Shown one piece after another: positions 1 through 12,600 of a stretch of 64,000 bases of DNA. A program made the translations under genes and the position numbers. Below the pieces are notes generated by a model. It was not told where the DNA came from. It did no database searches and saw nothing but the letters and a program-made list of their open reading frames with translations. This stretch comes from Enoplolaimus lenunculus (taxonomy: Eukaryota), in the NCBI GenBank assembly GCA_030248215.1, contig JASANG010003092.1, forward strand, positions 372,001-436,000. The letters run 5' to 3'. The stretch's first letter is position 1; each line of letters begins with the position of its first letter.

Positions 1-3000
1 CTGTCATGAGAATAGTATACCGACGCATTTGAACATATCGTTAAAAGGTCCATCTAAAAACGAAATAAAATCGTTAGATATAGTCCGAGTTTTATCTCAC
101 TTATGGCTGCCAGAATCGATTTCGTTGCCCCCAAACAAGTTATCCAAAATAAGTTCAAAATTTAAAAATCCACTGAACCATGCAAATAAACAATAACTTA
201 ACAAACAGCAAACGCATCCGGACACCAAGCGACAGCATCGTTCGCTAACTTTAGCGGTATCCTAATTATCAAACCCAACTGTCTGCAACAGATAAAGAAA
301 AAAGAAAAACTTTATAAAAGCCGTGTTAAAATGAGTTTACCTTAAACTGATCCAACGTTGCATACTCATCCTGGTTAATCTTTTCACGAATTGTGTAGAA
401 ATCCATTGGATACTCAATAACTGTTGAGTAATTCACTGCTTGCTTGTCAGTTGTTGGGTTCACAAAATATCGTCCAAAACTACGCCTAAAACAGTCAAGC
501 AAATAAAAAGTATGCCACATTTTTGGGAGTGTTAAGTAAATTTCAATTTTAAATGTGTTTACTCGGAAAATAGTGCTAGACATGGTTCCACGGGGTTCTG
601 TAAAACGTTATGATGAATCGCTAAAGATTAGCTTAAACCACATTTTTTCCACAGTTTTCTAAGAAATGCAGCACCTGGTAATTGAATCATGATACTTTTT
701 TCAAGTTCCAAATTTATCAATTTCTGTCGCGGATAAGGCAAAAGTTTTACCTGAAAGAAGTATGCTGCCAAGTTACAAAAACTACAACAAATACCTCTGA
801 TGACATGAATCAGAACGCTAGTATGATTAATTTGATTATTTTTAATTTTCTCGCAACTAAAAGCTCCTACCGTTCCAAAATATTCGTTAGCGTTTCAAGC
901 AATTGTTGAAATGGGCTGTACTTTGAAGTATCGAAATTCTGGGGTGGCGGTGGAGTCCCGCAGATCGGTTGCCCATCTTGGTCAGTTTTTAACTCGCTAA
1001 CGGTCACCGTATCACAGCTGTGCGACGGCGCAGAACAATCCATATCTGTTTTTGCAATGATTGAAACCGGTTGCATAACATGTTTTTCAAGATGAATTTG
1101 CACATCACTTATAACTGACGGAGCAGGTGACTGTTCGCATCGCTCAGCCTAAAACGAAAAGTGCATAACAAGTAGTGTGTATGATTTTTAAATTAACATA
1201 CATACTGTAATTTGTACATTTTTACTATGGTAGCTGGCCCAAACATTGAATAAAAACCAAGGATGGGCGGTCTCGGTCAAAAAAGCGAGACCGATACGAG
1301 GCCCAGCCCACCGAGACCGAGACTTTTGGTCTCGGTCACGGTCAATTTTTAATCGTTACCGAAAATAAAACGATTTTTAACAAAACATTTTAATATTTTT
1401 ATCTGCTTTGAATTGCCGATCCATACAATTAAACTACAAATCGCCACCAAAATTTATTTTTTACTTTATTTTTATTTTCCACTTGGCTACTGTCGCCATA
1501 TTCTTCGAACAGGCTCAGGACTAATCCCACTGTCTTAAAAACAACCTCGGCACAATCCCTAATTTAGAGCTATAGTGTTGTTTTTGCTCCCAGGAAAACC
1601 AAATAGACTGCAAAATATTTCAACATAGCGTGACGTTATAAATGCGTATGACCCATAATTTTACAAACGATGTCGTAAATGTTTTGAACGCGACAAAGCA
1701 ACTAGTTGTGTTTTGTCACAATAAAATCAAAGCGTTTTGGGTTTCCTTTCCAAAAAAGAATTTTAAGTAACCTAAGGGGTAATTCAGTTTTCAAATCGTT
1801 GTATAACCGAATAGCGGTGCTCCACAATCGTTCGCTGTCTACCCACCGAAAAAATTGTGTTCTTATAGTTTATCGTGTTTTTCATAGCTTTGTTGTTTTT
1901 CAGAATATCCGCTGGTAAGTATTGCGTAACTATGAAATTTCATAATTTCGCAAAAAAATTTCATTTGCAGCCATCACTTACTTCAACAATAAAGTCATAC
2001 ATTCACTGAATCCTCGACTTCTGTTCTCGGTCACAACCACCGAGACTAAAAAAACGAACCGAGACCTGCCAAATACGACCGAGACTTGCCGAGACCGAGG
2101 CTTCATCCCAGCATACCACACGCCATCACACAATCATTTTTCTAGCGTAGAAGAACACATTATAGTTCAAACCTTGTTTCTAGAACGCTTTGACTTTGGT
2201 TTGTCAATTGCGTAAACAATTTTACGTTTTCGAGGAGTTCGCTTAGAAGCTAATGATGCGTGAGATTCTGTTTTTGCGACCTGAAACAATAAATTTTGTT
2301 TTATACTAACAAGAGTTGCATACTTCGGTATCGATAAAATTGTTGCAGCTACGAGGCAAAACGGCTATTACTAATGGTTTGCTTCTTTACTACTGGCTTA
2401 TCCACAATGGAGATAGGGCTCCAGCAAGTTTCCATGCACCTCAGTAAGTTTTTGACGTCACTGGGCAAAGTTTCGGCGCCCCCCGGTTCATACCCATTCT
2501 CACATTTTTAAATTTTATGGTACATACGTCATTGGTTAAATCAGCTTACTTATAAATACAAACAGAAATGCATATGCATATGTACACAGAGACACTGACA
2601 CAGAAAAAATAATATAAACAAGTTCAGCTTGACCAGCACGAAAAATAGGTATATGCATAATGCCAAACAAACCTTTGGCTTGTCGTTGGCATCAAGTTCT
2701 GAGTCTTCTGAAAAAACATCAGTGCACAGTAAAATGTTAGTATTACAGTGCAGAAAATGTACTTTAATACAATTTCATCATGGTACGTGCGTACAGATTT
2801 AGAGAGAGCCAGAATTATTACAGGGAGTTTGTATTCCAATAACTACCCATTTAGGAATCAAGAACAGACTGGCCCTACAAAACATGCCCTGAAACGAAAC
2901 ACAAGTTCGTACATGAAGATGAGTGTCAGCAAATCTTATTAATTAGTCAAAAACATGGTAAAGATCCACATTTTTTTCATCGACGGAACTGGAACACGAA

Positions 3001-3220
3001 GAGGAATTGAACTTTTTCAGAAATTATAGTATATATAAAGAATCCAATTAACCGTTACGGACCACAATGTGTATAAATACATCACTTTAATACATACCTG
3101 ATCGTTCAGACTGCAATTCACCCACCGTGGAACTTTTAAGCCTTTCAAGTGGTTGTTCATCATCGGAACTGTCATTTCCATTTTTCATTTTATTATGAGA
3201 TGAAGTTAGCAGGTGGATTC
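1..3220 (-). CDS. BRD7/BRD9-like bromodomain protein (partial; 3' part runs off the window, true start possibly upstream of 3220)
   Basis: Phase-compatible GT-AG exons: 3220-3098, 2370-2324, 2280-2173, 1148-871, 485-341, 53-1. They translate to ...YSPFQQLLETLTNILER/RSFGRYFVNPTTDKQAVNYSTVIEYPMDFYTIREKINQDEYATLDQFK/MDLLTICSNASVYYSHD, a bromodomain pattern (P-x-T-D...Y...I..PMDF.TI..KI...Y...F..D..CxNA) closest from memory to BRD7/9. Confidence 0.8.
1258..2111. mobile_element. MITE with subterminal GGTCTC/GAGACC repeats
   Basis: Left end rich in GGTCTCGGT, right end rich in ACCGAGAC; related rearranged pieces at ~5900-6537 share GTATAACC..TAGCGGTGCTCCACAATCGTTCG. Confidence 0.65.
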
Positions 3221-3587
3221 CTATAAACTATTAGGCATAATACGTACCATTGTCGGCATATGTGCACGGTAAGTATATGCAAAGAGCAAAGAATAAATTG
3301 CCATACATGCGCATTGCGCACATGCGTGGTCATTAACTTTGGGCAAAACTTCGAATAGGAATCGCAGCGGACAGTATACGTAGTTACTTAGAGGATTCAC
3401 AAAGATTGACACTGCCAACAGAAAGCCAATGGATTCGAGTAGTTGCATTCGCGGTCTGGGACAACCGCCTGTAAAAAGATGGATGTTGGCATATGTGCCC
3501 GGTAACAGTATGAAAACTGGAAAGGATAATTACCAAACATGTGCACATATACCAGCTGTTGCAATCGACCGTTTGGTGTATCGGTGG

Positions 3588-4002
3588 CCAGGGGGCGACC
3601 TGATATTGATTTACCGGAACAAAAACCGGATACGGATAGTGAAGTTTTTACCGGAACACGAACCGGCTTCCGGATATTGTTTGTTAAAATAATTTATTTT
3701 TTTCGCTAAATTTTTTAGCGTAATCAAATTGCTGCGGAAAAACTGAAATTATTTAATGCAAAAATGCGTTTATATCTCGCGCGCTTACATAAGTCAAAAG
3801 TAGGTAAAAACGTATCAAAACTTGAACTTCTTGGCTTGCCCAGAAATGTTATCGCAGTAACATCTTACAGACGATCACTTGTAAAATCCAGTTTTGTGAT
3901 ATTCGTCACCCCAACCGAAAATATCCGGTAAGATTATACCGGATACCGGAACCGGATATGTTTTTGCCGGATATTACACCGGAACAGGATATCCGGTCGC
4001 AC
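3588..4002. mobile_element. MITE with CCGGATA subterminal repeats (GCGACCGGATAT TIR family)
   Basis: Ends GGCGACCTGATAT / ATATCCGGTCGC; relatives at ~9095-9340 and ~14345-14717. Confidence 0.65.
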
Positions 4003-4645
4003 AGAAGCGGTGGCACACTTGACTCGAGCGCAACAGAGTCGAGGATGATTCCCACTTCGAAAAGAAGTCGTACAGAACGCATGTTCCAACAACCACAATC
4101 AACTATATGTCTTGCTTCAACTAACTTAATTTATCTATCGTTCACATACAGCGCTTATTTTATATACAAATCTTAATATTGCACTAAAAATTAAACTAGC
4201 TAAGTATATTAAGTAGAACCCGTACCCAATGTTCCGTAGATGATATTGAGACTTATTTTTAGTTGTTATGCACAAAACCTTTGTTCAGTAAAACGGACTG
4301 CAGTAATCACTACATCCGCCTATTTTACAATCAATACAGTGCCTGAATAACGCCACAGTCTGTTTTCCTTCATTGTTAGATTCGACAGGCATCAAATGTG
4401 TTGCTTAAAAAATTTTTAACCTTAATATTAGATAGCTGTACGCATGTAGATTAAAACACGAGACCAATTAATTAACAATGGGTTTATTTGTTTTCAATTT
4501 GCATTTAGCGAGTAATACCGTTGTTTACACCTAATACTAGTTAAAGCATGGCTATTACCGCCTTCATATTGTAGATAGATTTAGCTACATTTTTTGTAGG
4601 ATTATACTGGAAATAGTTCAGCAGCATCCCCACTTTGGTTGTTGC

Positions 4646-4965
4646 CAGGGTACAACCGGAATTACAATTTACCGGAACCGGAATTTGAAAATTTTACCGG
4701 AACTGGAACAGGAAAGTGAAAAATGCATTTCACCAAAAATTTCATTTTAATCTTATTTTTGCTGTGTTTTTTGTGAAATAACGTTAGTCGAACATAGGTA
4801 TTTATTTTATTTGTTGTATTTTAGATTTTCATCATCGACTGAAGTGAAATCCACCATCAATGGCTTATATTCGGAGTACAAGTGGCTTTGAAAAGAGATC
4901 CGGTAAAAATTTACCGGAACCAGAAGGTGAAAAAATGCCGGAACCGGAATTCCGGTTGCACCCTG
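4646..4965. mobile_element. hAT-like MITE, internally deleted sister of 5389-5773
   Basis: Same TIRs and near-identical interior with an internal deletion. Confidence 0.85.
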
Positions 4966-5388
4966 TTGCTGCAATACTTTTAAGCTACTCGTGCGATTTC
5001 TGATATTTCCTTGATGAAGTGAACAGTTGGAACACTTCGCAGAACCCACGCCCGTTTTAGGAGAACTATCGAGCGCCGAAACAATTTTCATGTTAAAGGT
5101 TTCTAGATATTAGTTGTTAAAAATCGTTGCTCGATGCTGCAAATGTGAACTGATTTCTGCTGCGTGGTTCTAATAATACCCGTTGTCCACCTTTAAAAAT
5201 TTGAGATTTCTGTCAGTCTGGTCAAATATGAAATTACCCTGGGCTCGAATGTACTAAAATTTGCGCAAAATCGTTCCCTCATTCAGCCCAGGCTGAAAAG
5301 CGCCGCATAATACTTTTGTTTCTGTGACACAGACTAGCAGGGCGCACACGGAATTCCGATTATAATTTCAATTCAAATCCAGTGTGAG

Positions 5389-5773
5389 CAGGGTGCAACC
5401 GGAATTACAATTTACCGGAACCGGAATTTGAAAATTTTACCGGAACCGGAACCGGAAAGTGAAAAACGCATTTCACCAAAAATTTCATTTTAATCGTATT
5501 TTTTGCTCTATTATTTGTGAAATAACCTTAGTCGAACATAGGTATTTATTTTATTTGTTGTATTTTAGATTTTCATCATCGACTGAAGTGAAATCCACCA
5601 GCAATGGCTTATATTTGGAGTACAATTGGCTTTCAAAAGAGATTCTTAAAAATTAGCAAAGTTAAGAAAACGGCCAAATTATAATACCGGAATTTTTAAA
5701 TCCGGTAAAAATTTACCGGAACCGGAAGGTGAAAAAATGCCGGAACCGGAACCGGAATTCCGGTTGCACCCTG
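5389..5773. mobile_element. hAT-like MITE (CAGGGTGCAACCGGAAT TIR family)
   Basis: TIR CAGGGTGCAACCGGAATT / AATTCCGGTTGCACCCTG; perfect 8-bp TSD AGTGTGAG; subterminal ACCGGA repeats. Confidence 0.9.
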
Positions 5774-6661
5774 AGTGTGAGATAATAGTTTCTGGTCCAC
5801 TCACATTGCTATACGGCAATAAGTGAAAGTGGTAGCATTTTAACTGACGAATCGGTATTTTTTGTGTACGTTAATCGGCACCAGAGATGACAATCTCGAT
5901 CTCGGCAAGTCTCGGTACTTGACAGGTCTAAGTCGTGGTCTCGGTCTCGCTGTTTTAAGTCTCGGTGGTTTGGAACCGAGATTAGAAGTTGAGGGTTCAG
6001 CAGATGTATGACTGTATTGTTGAATAACATTTTTCAGTAAAATTACTTATAAAATTTCCTAGTTACGCAATAATTACGAGCAGACATTCTGAAAAATACA
6101 AAAAACTATAAAAACACAAAAAACTACGAAAACAACATTAGAAGTAGTTTATTTTGAAAATTTTAATTTTTTTCGGTGACGACCAAAAATTGACCAAAGC
6201 CGAGACCTATCTTGACCGGTTTCGGTAGTCAGGTCTCGGTCTCGGTTTTTAACCTAGGGTTTTGGGCCATTCTATTTCTGAAATCGGGGCCATTCTGTTT
6301 CTGAAATCGTTGTATAACCAGGTAGCGGTGCTCCACAATCGTTCGTTGTCTGTGTTGCTAGGCGAAATGCGCAAATACTTCCGGGCCAAAGCTGCGATCT
6401 AAGGAAAATTTTTGTTATTTCTTATCGCTTTTCACCTCGTCGGTCTCGGTTTGCAAACCGTCGAGACTGAAAAAAGCGAGCGAGACCAGCCAAATCCTGA
6501 GACTTGCGGAGACCGAGACCGGGGCCACCCATTCCTGGAATCGTAATATATTGTTGCTTCACTAATTGGGGTTAAGTTTATTTACATGATGCATTGTTTG
6601 TGTTGCTTCGTTTGAATATTAGATTGTTATGGCTGCACTTTAATCAAACAACAACAACTCT

Positions 6662-9600
6662 ATGTTGGCAAGCGATAATTTGGAAATCGAAGCATGGACT
6701 CCTGCTAGCGAATTCTTTGCCGATTATTCAGCTTCATTTTCAACTATGAGGCAGGCAGACTCGCCAAATGATTTATTAGAAAACGAATGTTCTCGTGCTA
6801 GTCAGGAAACCATACAATTTCTTCTGGCGTCAATCGATAAATCGGATGCTGAGACACGACAACGTATATTATCTACACCCGTGCATATCACTTACAGGCG
6901 AAATGCCAAAGCGAACTCAGCGGACTCATGTGTAACTACTTTGATTGGGAGTCCTAAACCGGAAACGCATCGTAGGTCAGTTACAAAATTAAAACCTTAC
7001 TCGAGCTGCGATCCAGAAGAAACGCCGGTTATTTTGTCTGGGAAAAATCGAATTGCAACATTTAACGCTAACGTTCAGGGTCAGCCAGCCACTTTTCGGC
7101 ACAAATATGTCCAACAAATGAAGGGTAAAGTAAAAGAAAATCCAGTGCAAAATGTTGGAAACCGTAATTCGTTGCATAGCAAAAACACAGATTCAGTTCC
7201 TGATTATCCGTTAAAGTCATCGGTATCGAACATTGAAGTGTCCAAAGGCGATGATATTTCTAACAAACTTAAACCTTTAACTTGTGATAGAAGTAGGGGA
7301 ATTCGTTCGTTTTTAATTGATACAAAAGAGTCGAATGTAAACGACCTAGAAAACAGTTCAAGACGAATTCATCATGCAGGGAATACCCTTCACTGTAAAC
7401 TGTTGAATGGGCAAAAGTCGAACGATTCAAATCTAAATCAAGATAGCAACATGAACATCGAACGTCAACCCGGTCTTCGGCGGAAGTAAGTGTCTAAAAA
7501 TATATATTAGAAATGTCCCAGAGCCATGAATTTACCCGGGCAGGTGCCAGAAAAATACACTGCAACTTCAAATTTTATGTACATTCTTTTTGTGTAAACA
7601 TCTTCCTGGGAGCAGGGTACCGTTATATTGAGTTGCGGTTTCGCTTAAAATTAGGTTCACTGTTCGCAATTAGTTCTGATTCCGATTACAAATTTGAAAT
7701 ATTGTAACAAGCGGGCTTTTCAGTTCTCGTTCCTGGTGAAGCCGTTTTTCGGCAAAGCTCGGGGTTCCGCGAAGCGTTTTATGTTTTGTACTCTGGGGTC
7801 GAAAGGTGGATGTCCGTCCGTCCGTCTGTAAGTCCGAAAAGAATCTCAGAAACGGCTGAACCGATTTTGATAAACTTTTTGTTTGAAAGCCAACTATCCT
7901 GGGTTGTAAACCTCGCTTTGGGGTTTTAAAATTTTAAGCCGTTCATTAGCTACAGGCTAATTTGCATAATTAGTTAAGCCTAAATTAGGACTTTCTACCC
8001 TATTTCACTAATTATTAAAGTTACAAGCAATCTAATTTCAGCGTTAAAGGGTTTTGGTGTGCGAGGAATCTGAATAGATTGTTTACAAACTTCCAAATTC
8101 ATAATTGAGTAGTTAGCTAATAGATAATTTGCATATTAACATAGTTTATAGCCTAAATTTGGACTTTTTACAATATTTCACTAATTATTAAGGTTAAAAG
8201 CACTCCAATTTCAGCACTAAAGGGTTTTTATGTGCGAGGAATTTGAATAAATTGTTTACAAACCTTCAAAACCGATAATTGAATGGTTAGCTAATAGCTG
8301 ATTTGCATATTAGCGTACGTATCGGTTTTGGAGGTATGTAAATAAATTATTCAAATTCCTTGCACCGAAGAACCCTTCAGCAACCCTAATCATTAGCGAA
8401 ATATTGTAAAAAACCGTAGGTAAGGCATATCAATTTTGCTTATATGCAAATTAGCTATTAGCTAACTATTCAGTTATAGGTTTTGAAGGTTTGTAGACAA
8501 TATATTTAAAATCTTCGCATCCAAAAACCCTTTATTGTTGACATTGGAGTGCTTGTAACGATAATAATTAGTGAAATATTTTAAAAAGTCCTAATTTAGG
8601 CTTAACAATTATGCTAATATGCAAATTAGTTATTAGCTAATTATTCAATTATCGGTGATGGAGGATTGTAAACAATTTATTCAGATTTCTCGTACTAAAA
8701 CCCGTTAGTACTGAAATTAAATACTTGTAACCCTAATATTTATTGAAATACAGTAAAAAGTCCTAACGCAGGCTTAACGAATTATGCAAATTAGCCTGTA
8801 GCTAATAAACGGCTCAACATTTTAAAACCCCAATGCGAGGTTAACATCTCAGGATAATAAGTTTTCAAATTATAAAAAGTTTATCAAAATCGGTTTAGTG
8901 GTTCTTGACATTCTTTTCGGACGGACAGACGGCCGGACGGACAGACCACATCCTTTCTACCACCAAGTACAAAACATAAAGCGCTTCGCGAAACTTGCCG
9001 TTCATGGTACTGTATATATCGTCTTGCCCCGACACTCGTTAACCCCGGGTACCGAGGCAGGGGTCCGGCCCTGGGACATCTCTAAAGTATATTAGAGTGC
9101 GACCGGATATTAATTTACCGTAACCGGGTACGGATATTGAAATTTTGACCGCAACAAGAACCGGATATTTTATATTAAAATAAATTTTTCCGCTGTATTT
9201 TTAGCATGGTCAAGATTTTAGTCTGTTATGAAGTTCAAAATTTCTGCTGATAAACTGAAATTATTTAAGGCAAAAATGTGTTTTACTCTCGCTTACTTAC
9301 ATGGGTTAAAAGTAGCAGAAACGTATTAGAACTTGAACTTCTTATAAACTTGTTATGTTTGAAAGCTTATTAACCTGGGGAATTAACCTCGCATGAAAGT
9401 TTTAAAATTTTAAGCCGTTTATCTGCTACAGGCTAATTTGCATAATTGGTTAAGCCTAAATTAGGACATTATAATTAGGGTTACAAGCAACCTAATTTCA
9501 GTATTAAAGGGTTTTGGGTACGAGAAATCAGAATAAAATGTCTATAAACCTGCGAAACCGATAATTGCACTTAGCTAATACCTAGTTTGCATATAAGCTT

Positions 9601-12600
9601 ACTTAGTTAAGCCTGAATCAGGACTTTTTAAATTATTTGACTGATTATTAGGCTTACAAGCAATTTAATTCAGCACTTAGGGTTTTTATGTGCTAGCAGT
9701 CGAAATAAATTATTTATAAACCTTCAAGACCGATAATTAAATACCTAGTTAGTTAATAGTTAATTTGCATAGTAGCTTAACTAATAAGATTAAATTAGGA
9801 CTTTTTAAATTATTAAGGGTTTTTGGGTTGCCATCGATCGTCTAATTGAATAGTTAGCCAATAGCTAATTTGGATAAAAGCTCAATTAGCTAAGTGTAAA
9901 TTAAGACTTTCTAAATTATTTCATTCAGGGTGCAACCGGAATTACTATTTACCGGAACCGGAATTTGAAAATTTTACCGGAACCGGAACCGGAAAGTGAA
10001 AAATGCATTTCAACAAAAATTTCATTTTAATCTTATTTTTTACTCTATTATTTGTGAAATAACCTTAGTCGAACATAGGTATTTATTTTATTTGTTGTAT
10101 TTTAGATTTTCATTATCGACTGAAGTGAAATCCACCATCAATGGCTTATAATAGTACAAGTGGCTTTCAAGAGATTCTTAAAAATTAGTAAAGTTAAGAA
10201 AACAGCCAAATTATAACACCGGAATTTTTAAATCCGGTAAAAATTTACCGGAACCGGGATCGGAAGGTGAAAAAATGCCGGAACCGGAATTCCGGTTGCA
10301 CCTGATTTCAGTGATTATTAGGGTTACAACAACCAATCAAATTGAGTACTAAAGGGTTTTCGGGTGCGAAAAATCTGAATAAATTGTTTATAACTCTTCA
10401 AAACTGATCAATGAATAATTAGCTAATAACTAAGTATTGCAAAGTACGTAGGTCAAACTATTCGTTTGTGCTTTACGTATAAGTTTGGAATGTTTAACTA
10501 GACTGAATAAAAAGTAAGTATGCCCGGGCTTCGCTCAATACATGTAGTTCTGCTACGACTGGTTTAAATTGTTTATTGCTTAAAAATGAAATACATATGT
10601 CGGTCAATGTTGGATTCGGGTTTTTAACAACCGAATCCGAACCAACTACAAAGTTTTGCCAAATCCAAATACCGGGACCGGAAAGTGAAAAATACATACC
10701 ACCGAAAAATTCATTTTAATTTTCTTTCTTTGCTATACTACTGGTGAAATAATCTTAGAAGCTGTCTCGGGGCCTGGCCTCTGTTCCTAAGAAGGACTTT
10801 CAAGTAGATAGTAATAAACGGTATATGTAGCTGTTTTATATGAGGAAAAATTTGTACCATAAGATTTCATGCTAGTGTTGCTATGACTCTAAATCCTCTG
10901 GCTTATGTATCGTTCACAATAAAAAGTTTCATTTTTCTTTTACCACCGATTTTTTATCATTCTGCAATTGTCTTTTAGGCGTCTTCCCAGAAGGTCCTCG
11001 ATGGTTGCTTGTAATTATTCTGGTAACTGCTCCGTCGCTGCAACCGCGTGTAGTTCTGTGGATGGCGCCTGTATCTCAAACACAAAAACTATTAGAAAAC
11101 GGCAATCATTAAATGGATTGACGACAGCCAGTAACAGCAACAAGTGCCTTGTTTCTCCAAGTGGTATTGTAAACGCTAAAGCACCACCTATTTTTAAACC
11201 AAGGACAGTCAAAATCACTCGGATTAACCCGCATGTGCAATCTGGCCAAGGGGATTCGATCTGTGACCGCAGTGCAGGCGGCGAGAAAATTACTTCAGAA
11301 GAGAATTCTGATAGCAGTGGGACATTATTGGAAACTGTTGATGTTTCTGATGACGGAACAGGTGCATTTGAAATGGGTTATGGAATTAACGGCAGTCTAA
11401 ACTGTGTATCAGGCAGCGTAACTGGTCCTGAAGGTGCTATGACTTCAAGAACTGCTGCTACTAAAACTGGTATTTCGGAAGGTGTAGTTGCTAGCCCTGT
11501 CGTTAGCAAAGAAGACGGTGTAAATTTAGTTTATTTAAGACGGAGCAGCAGAATTCCGAAGGTCAGTGCTGGTAATTTGAGTAGAACCACGGCTGCAGTC
11601 AATATTCCTTGTCCTAAAAAGTCCGCTAGAAAACCGGCTCCTCTTCCGGTCATAGAGGTTATTCACGAAATTTTGCCGCCGTTAAACCTTAAGTCGGTCC
11701 TAAAACTGGCTGGCATAACCACGAAAAAGACAGCAGAAGATGATGGTCACCCAACTACTATGAGTGTCGATTGTGCAGAAACAGTTACGACGCCCAAAGC
11801 AATGGTAGCTACCAATAAAGCAACCACGGACGTAGAAGAATTTACGATTTTTTCATCTCCTGTTAGAGAACCGTAAGTTGTGTAAAACGTGTGACGTGTA
11901 TATGCATATTATTTTGGTACCTTCTGTGGTTGTTGGTTTTTGTCATTTGGTTAGCTCGTGCTTTCGCAGAACATTTTATATACATAAATTAAGATTTGCC
12001 CTGTAGCCGGTTCTAATTGGGGCTGAAGTAAATTACCTGCGAATCCAGTTACAATATTTCATTCTCTTTCAGCTTCAATCAAAACTATTAACGAGGAAAA
12101 TATTAAATTCAAAACCGCATACAGTGACTTAAAATACCTAATCAATCACAGCACAATCCTTATGTACTTGGAAAGAAGGCGCAAATGAGAAACTGTTGTT
12201 TTTAGAAATAACTATATATTAAAAGAAAAGTAATTTTAGTTTAGCGTATTGTGTATAACAATTCTTTAACCAAACACTGACACTGGAAATACCAGGAAAT
12301 CTGGTTGAAAATGATGGTTTTTTGTTATCTGCAACCGACGGGAATGTGCGGTCTCGTTATTTGGCTGGTGTTTGGCTCGTTTTTGTCTTTGACAATCATT
12401 GTTATTGTGTTGCAGTATATATAATTTTTAAAGCTCATTATATCCCTGGTTTCAGCAAATACTAATATTTTCAGCAAATAGTAATATTTGTTTCTCTCAG
12501 TACAGTTAACTTAACAAATAAGCCGAGCAAAAATTTGTTTGTACGTACTTGCCTTTTGAAAATAGTTGCTTTTCGGTAACACGGTTTTACTTGCTGTCTA

